Below, one piece after another: positions 59,107 to 64,000 of a stretch of 64,000 nt of DNA. The stretch spans positions 160,001 to 224,000 of the forward strand of contig JAXHNB010000002.1 in the NCBI GenBank assembly GCA_034520945.1, given 5' to 3'. The DNA comes from Trueperaceae bacterium (GTDB lineage Bacteria > Deinococcota > Deinococci > Deinococcales > Trueperaceae). The translations under genes and the position numbers were made by a program. The notes under the pieces are model-generated. The model was not told where the DNA came from. It saw nothing but the letters and a program-made list of their open reading frames with translations, and did not search any database. Positions within the stretch are counted from its first letter, which is position 1. Each line of letters begins with the position of its first letter.

Positions 59107-61899
59107 TCAGGTGGGTGCGCGTCCGGGCGCCCACTGCGTCAGGTCGTCGCCCGGCATCGGCTTCGCGAACAGGTAGCCCTGCCCCACGGCACAGCCCACG
59201 TCGATCAGGAAGGCGCGCTCTTCTTCGGTCTCGACGCCTTCGGCGACGACGTCGAGCCCGAACGCGGCGGCCAGGTCGATGACGCCGCGCACCAACGCTT
59301 CGTCGGGTCGCGATGCCGACGACCCCAACCCGCGGACGAAGCCGCGGTCGATCTTGAGCGCGTCGGCGGGCAGGCGCCGGAGGTAGCTCAGCGACGCGTA
59401 TCCGGTGCCGAAGTCGTCGATGGCGATCCGCACCCCCAGCTCGCGAAGACGGGCGAGCGTGACCAGCGCGTCGTCCTCCGCGCGCATCACGGCCGACTCC
59501 GTCACCTCGATCTCCAAGCGCGCCGGTGCCACGCCGTGCCTCTCGAGGTCTGCCGCGATGGCGCGGTCCAGGTCGCCCGTGGCCAATTCGCGCGCGGAGA
59601 CGTTGACGGCCACGCGGGCGCAGCCGACGCCGGCCACGTCCCAGCTGGTCAGGTTCGCCAGCGCCAGGTCTCGCATGGTGCGCCCCAACGCCATCACCTG
59701 ACCCGAGCGTTCCGCTTCGGCCACGAAGTGCTCCGGCGAGATGCGGCCGTGCTCTGCGTGCGTCCAGCGGGCCAGCGCCTCGACCGCCACCAGCGAGCCG
59801 TCCCGAAGCGACACCTGGGGTTGGAACGCCGCCTCCAGATCGCCGTTGCGGAGGGCCGCGGCAAGGTCCGTGCGCAGGTGAAGCCGCGTTAGCGCCTCCG
59901 CGTTCAGGTCCGGCGCGTAGAAGCGGACCGAGCCCGGTCCCCTCGTCTTGGCGCCGTTCATGGCGGCCTCGGCCCGGCCCAACAACGTCACCGCGTCACG
60001 CCCGTCGCCGGGTGAGACGGCCACGCCGACGCTGCAGCTCAACGCCACCGGGTGCCCCGCCGCCTCGATGGGGTCCTCCAAGGCGTCGCGCAACTGGTGG
60101 GCCAGCGTGTCGGCGTCCTGGGGTTCGGCCAGGTCCCCCGCCACCAGCACGAAGGCGTCCCCGCCGAAACGCCCCAACACGTCGCCGGTCCGCATGCGTG
60201 CCGCGAAGGCGCGGGCGGCCCGTTGCAGGATCTCGTCTCCGACATCGTGCCCCAGCGAGTCGTTCACCCCGCGGAACCGATCCAGCCCGGCACAGACGAC
60301 CGCCGTCCGCGTACCCCGCCGGGCCGACCCCGCCAGCACCGTCCCGAGCTGCTGCGTGATCCCGTTGCGGTTCGGCAGGCCGGTCAAGGGGTCGGTGTAG
60401 GTGAGGGTGTCCACCCGCGACGAGAGGATGCGCAGTTCGGTCACGTCCAGGTGCACGCCGTGCAGCGCGGTGGGCGTGCCGCGCGCGTCCCGCTCCAGGG
60501 CGCCCTGGGAGGCGATCCAGCGGTAGCTGCCGTCGCGGTGCCGAATGCGGTACTCGTTGCGATACGGGCCGGACGGCTTGGCCAGGTACGCCTGGAGGGT
60601 GTGGCGTGCCGTCTCGACGTCGCTGGGGTGCAGGAGCCCCTCCCATGCCTCGCGCGTGTCCGCGATGTCCGAGGGGGCGTAGCCCTTCTGCCGTTTCCAC
60701 CCGTCGGACAGCGTGACCGTCCGTGACGGCAGGTAGAGGGTCCAGAACCCGAGGTTCGCGGTGTGGGCGGCCAGTTCGGCGCGGCGTCGTTGCTGGTCCA
60801 GCTGCGCCTCGGTCCGTTTGAGGTGGGTGATGTCGTGGACGGTGGCGATCAGGGCGGCCTCGAGGTCGTCGTCCGGGGCGACGTGCGTCATGTCGACGTA
60901 GGCGGGAAAGGTGGTGCCGTCGTCGCGCCGGCGGCGGGCCTCGAACACCGCGTGTCCCTCCTGCGCGGCGGTCGCGAGGGCTGCCTCGAGGGCGGCGCGA
61001 TCCTCGGGAACGGTTACGTCCTCGATGGGACGACCGGCGAGCGCCTCCTCGCTGCTGGCGTGCATGTTGGCGAAGGCGCGATTCGTCCAGGCGATCCTGG
61101 TGCCCGAAGGGTCGCTCAGCACGATGCCCACGTGGGCGTGCGCGAACACGGCCACCCAGCGACGTTGGTCGCGCTCGCGCTGGATGCGCTCGCTGATGTC
61201 CTGCTTGACGGCGATGAAGTGATGGGGACGTCCGTCGGCGTCGCAGACGGGCGTGATGGTCATCTCTTCGGGGTACTCCGTGCCGTCCTTGCGTCGATTG
61301 ATCAGCTCGCCGTGCCACACCTCCCCCCGCGAAACGGTGACCCAAAGATCGCGATAGAAGTCCTTGCCTTGACGGCCGGAGTGCAGCAGCTCCCCGTGCG
61401 TGCGGCCCATGGCTTCGTCCATGCCGTAGCCGGTCAGCTTCGTGAACGCGGGGTTGCACCACACGATGCGCCCCTCCGGATCGGTGAGGGCCACCGCGCT
61501 GGCGGCCACGTCCAGCGCCTGGTCGCGCAACCGAAGGCGGGCCCGCGTCTCGACCAGGTCGCTGACGTCGTGCACGATGACGTACCACAGGTTCTTCTCC
61601 CGCACGCGGACCGGGGCGTTCGCGACCCGCACCTCGCGAACGGTCCCGTCGGCGCGCCGGTGTCGTGCGTCCGCGGGTAGCGACGCATCCGGATTCGAGG
61701 CCTGCGGCGGCCCATCCACGTCGAGGTCGGTGAGCGTGCGCGAGCGGAGCGCCTCTGCCGACCAGCCGTAAAAGCGGGCGGCGGCAGGGTTGGCGTCGAC
61801 GATCCGGCGGGTGTTCGGCTCGACCAGGAGCATGACCACTTGGTCGTTGCCGAAGAGGGTTTCGAACGCCTTCGCGTCACGCAGGATCGGACGCGCCAT
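59107..61899 (-). CDS. 4xPAS-GGDEF(degenerate)-EAL protein, likely c-di-GMP phosphodiesterase
   Basis: Four PAS/PAC repeats; GGDAF; VEALAR, EVTES, DDFGTGY, AEGVE, QGY. Confidence 0.92.
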   Translation of the reverse strand: MARPILRDAKAFETLFGNDQVVMLLVEPNTRRIVDANPAAARFYGWSAEALRSRTLTDLDVDGPPQASNPDASLPADARHRRADGTVREVRVANAPVRVREKNLWYVIVHDVSDLVETRARLRLRDQALDVAASAVALTDPEGRIVWCNPAFTKLTGYGMDEAMGRTHGELLHSGRQGKDFYRDLWVTVSRGEVWHGELINRRKDGTEYPEEMTITPVCDADGRPHHFIAVKQDISERIQRERDQRRWVAVFAHAHVGIVLSDPSGTRIAWTNRAFANMHASSEEALAGRPIEDVTVPEDRAALEAALATAAQEGHAVFEARRRRDDGTTFPAYVDMTHVAPDDDLEAALIATVHDITHLKRTEAQLDQQRRRAELAAHTANLGFWTLYLPSRTVTLSDGWKRQKGYAPSDIADTREAWEGLLHPSDVETARHTLQAYLAKPSGPYRNEYRIRHRDGSYRWIASQGALERDARGTPTALHGVHLDVTELRILSSRVDTLTYTDPLTGLPNRNGITQQLGTVLAGSARRGTRTAVVCAGLDRFRGVNDSLGHDVGDEILQRAARAFAARMRTGDVLGRFGGDAFVLVAGDLAEPQDADTLAHQLRDALEDPIEAAGHPVALSCSVGVAVSPGDGRDAVTLLGRAEAAMNGAKTRGPGSVRFYAPDLNAEALTRLHLRTDLAAALRNGDLEAAFQPQVSLRDGSLVAVEALARWTHAEHGRISPEHFVAEAERSGQVMALGRTMRDLALANLTSWDVAGVGCARVAVNVSARELATGDLDRAIAADLERHGVAPARLEIEVTESAVMRAEDDALVTLARLRELGVRIAIDDFGTGYASLSYLRRLPADALKIDRGFVRGLGSSASRPDEALVRGVIDLAAAFGLDVVAEGVETEEERAFLIDVGCAVGQGYLFAKPMPGDDLTQWAPGRAPT

Positions 61900-61952
61900 A
61901 GGCCAGCATACGACGGGGGCAACGGCGTGTACGTGCGATCTTCACCGCGTTC

Positions 61953-64000
61953 CTACGGCTGCGCCAGGAGGTCGCCCCACGGAACCGGGCGGTGCAGGGC
62001 ATACCCCTGAAGGTAGTCCACGCCGATGTCGTGCAGCTGGGTCCGGACCTGCTCGCGTTCGACGAACTCGGCCACGGTCCGCTTGCCGAGGGCGGCGGCA
62101 AGGTCGTGCACCGAACGCACCAGCGTCTCGTCCAGGGGGTTGCGGTCCATGTCCCGCACCAACAGGCCGTCGAGCTTCACCAGGTCCACCGACGCCGTCT
62201 TGAGGTAGGCGAACGAGGACAGGTCGCTCCCGAAGTCGTCCAGGGCCACACGCACCCCACGCGCCCGCAACGACGTCAGGAACCGCTCGGCGTCCGGCAG
62301 GCTGGTCATGGCGGCCGTCTCCGTGATCTCGATGCACAGGCGAGCGGGCGGAAACCCCGTCGCGTCGAGCACGCCGAGAAGCTGCTCGGCGAACGCCGGA
62401 TCGGAGACGGAGCGCGGGGATACGTTCACGTGGACGGCGCTGAGCGCCTGCACGTGCGCCGGGTGGCGCACCAGCGTCTCCAGGGCGGTGCGCACCACCC
62501 ACCGGTCGATGTCACCGGCCATGCCGTAGCGTTCGGCGGCCGGGAGGAACGCCCCCGCCACGTGAAGGCGTCCGTCCACGTCGCGCAGTCGGACCAGCAG
62601 CTCGTAGCGCAGCTCGTCGGGATCGGCGCGTGCCACGATGCGCTGGGCGTACAGCTCCAGGCGGTCGTCCGCCAACGCGTCGCGCATCCGATCGACCCAC
62701 GCCATCTCGCCCTGCCGGGCGGCCTGCGCCTCGTCGCTCTCGGCGTAGGCGTGCACGCGGTCCCGGCCGCGATCCTTGGCGATGTAGCACGCGACGTCGG
62801 CCCGCCGGAGGATGGCGCCGGCATCCTCATCGTCCCCGTCGATCGACACGACCCCGATGCTGCAGGAAGTTCGGAAGCGCCGGCCCTCGAACGGGACCTC
62901 CGTCGCGGCGATGCGCGCACGCAACGCCTCGGCCACCTCGACGGCCGTGTCCAGGGGCGTGCGGTCCAGCAGGATCGCGAACTCGTCGCCGCCCAGACGA
63001 CCGACGGTGTCGGTGGCGCGCACGTGGCTGGTGATCTCGTGCGCGAGGTGCGTCAGCAGCGCGTCGCCGGCGGCGTGCCCGGCGGTGTCGTTCACGACCT
63101 TGAACTGATCGAGGTCCAGGTAGCACAGCGCGTGCGTGACCCCGCGCCGCTGAGCGGAGGTGTGCGCCTGCTCGGTGCGTCGCTCGAACTCGTAGCGGTT
63201 CACCAGACCGGTGAGCATGTCGTGGCGGGCCTGGTGGCTCAGCTCCTCGGTCAAGCGCTTGGCTTCCGATACGTCGTCGAAGGTCGCGAACAGCTCGCGG
63301 GCCTGCCGGCGGCCGAGATCGACCTGGGACAGCGTGCTGCGGACCCAGATCTGCCGGCCGTCGCCCCGGACCAGCCGGTATTCGAACGTCGTTCCCTCCC
63401 CGGGCTGTAGGAACGCGCTCACCTCGCCCGCGCGGGGGCGGCGCTCAGGGCCGATCAGCTCCAACAGCGTCGTCTCCAGGAGCTGCGCCCGCGTCCGCCC
63501 CGCGAGGTCGCACAGGGCGTCGTTCACGTCCACGAGCCGGCCGAGGCCGTCCACGCGGGCCATTCCGACGCCCGCTTGCTCGAAGGTGCGGCGCACGGAC
63601 CGATCGTTCGCGCGGATGCGCCGCACGCTCCAGGCCACCAGCAGGCCGGCGATCAGCGCCAACACCAGGAACGAGCCCACGGTGATCACGAAAAGCGCGC
63701 GGTTCAACCAGCGCACGCCTTCGGCGAGCAGGCGCGTGAGCGCCCGCTCGAGGGGCCGGATCCGGAACGAGATCTCTTCGATCTCGGCCCGGAGCTGCGC
63801 GATGCGTGGCTGCGTGGGCGTGGCGGGCCCCTCGTGGAGGCGCTGCAGCTCGTCCGCGACCTGCTCGAGGGCCAGGACGTGTCGGTCCGCCTCGCGCCAC
63901 ACGCGGACCGCATCGCCGAACGGGGCCACGTCCGAGAACACCAGGTAGAACCAGATCATCCGGGGGACGTCTTCGGGGGCGTTGCGCCCGTCCAGGAAGC
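61953..64000 (-). CDS. Membrane sensor-PAS-GGDEF-EAL protein, 5' end outside window
   Basis: TM helix, PAS, YLDLDQFK, RxxD and GGDEF; ELL, EITET, DDFGSD, QGY. Confidence 0.9.
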   Translation of the reverse strand, partial: FLDGRNAPEDVPRMIWFYLVFSDVAPFGDAVRVWREADRHVLALEQVADELQRLHEGPATPTQPRIAQLRAEIEEISFRIRPLERALTRLLAEGVRWLNRALFVITVGSFLVLALIAGLLVAWSVRRIRANDRSVRRTFEQAGVGMARVDGLGRLVDVNDALCDLAGRTRAQLLETTLLELIGPERRPRAGEVSAFLQPGEGTTFEYRLVRGDGRQIWVRSTLSQVDLGRRQARELFATFDDVSEAKRLTEELSHQARHDMLTGLVNRYEFERRTEQAHTSAQRRGVTHALCYLDLDQFKVVNDTAGHAAGDALLTHLAHEITSHVRATDTVGRLGGDEFAILLDRTPLDTAVEVAEALRARIAATEVPFEGRRFRTSCSIGVVSIDGDDEDAGAILRRADVACYIAKDRGRDRVHAYAESDEAQAARQGEMAWVDRMRDALADDRLELYAQRIVARADPDELRYELLVRLRDVDGRLHVAGAFLPAAERYGMAGDIDRWVVRTALETLVRHPAHVQALSAVHVNVSPRSVSDPAFAEQLLGVLDATGFPPARLCIEITETAAMTSLPDAERFLTSLRARGVRVALDDFGSDLSSFAYLKTASVDLVKLDGLLVRDMDRNPLDETLVRSVHDLAAALGKRTVAEFVEREQVRTQLHDIGVDYLQGYALHRPVPWGDLLAQP

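Overview
64 kb of very GC-rich bacterial chromosome, most likely Deinococcota (Truepera-like). This is an inference from many TANNNT-(5-7 nt)-start leaderless gene starts, signal peptides ending A-x-A-Q and a Deinococcus-type imuY/imuB-C/dnaE2 cassette. Recognisable content: myo-inositol catabolism (iolDGEC, iolB, aldolase), a Dpp-type ABC importer lacking ATPase genes, tctCBA-prpDB, a type III PKS/methyltransferase/FAD-monooxygenase operon, the mutagenesis cassette, gdhA, a Crp/Fnr-DUF1858-cupin-DUF2249 module, betA, a bacterial lysyl-oxidase homolog and two PAS-GGDEF-EAL genes. The best candidate for an undescribed system is a four-gene exported redox operon at 12007-15586: type-1 cupredoxin, His/Tyr-lined beta-propeller, cytochrome c-cupredoxin fusion and His-rich putative Cu chaperone, behind a ~170 nt structured leader. 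Also notable: TGAC-N4-GTC[A/G] boxes at about -41 linking a distant HAHSH membrane protein to the Crp/Fnr module, operator-like repeats before imuY, an ERCC4-wHTH nuclease, two RBS-sequestered small ORFs, four deletion remnants and several single-base frameshifts (possibly sequencing errors). No rRNA, tRNA, CRISPR array or transposase was recognised. All calls come from motif reading only; no searches were run.
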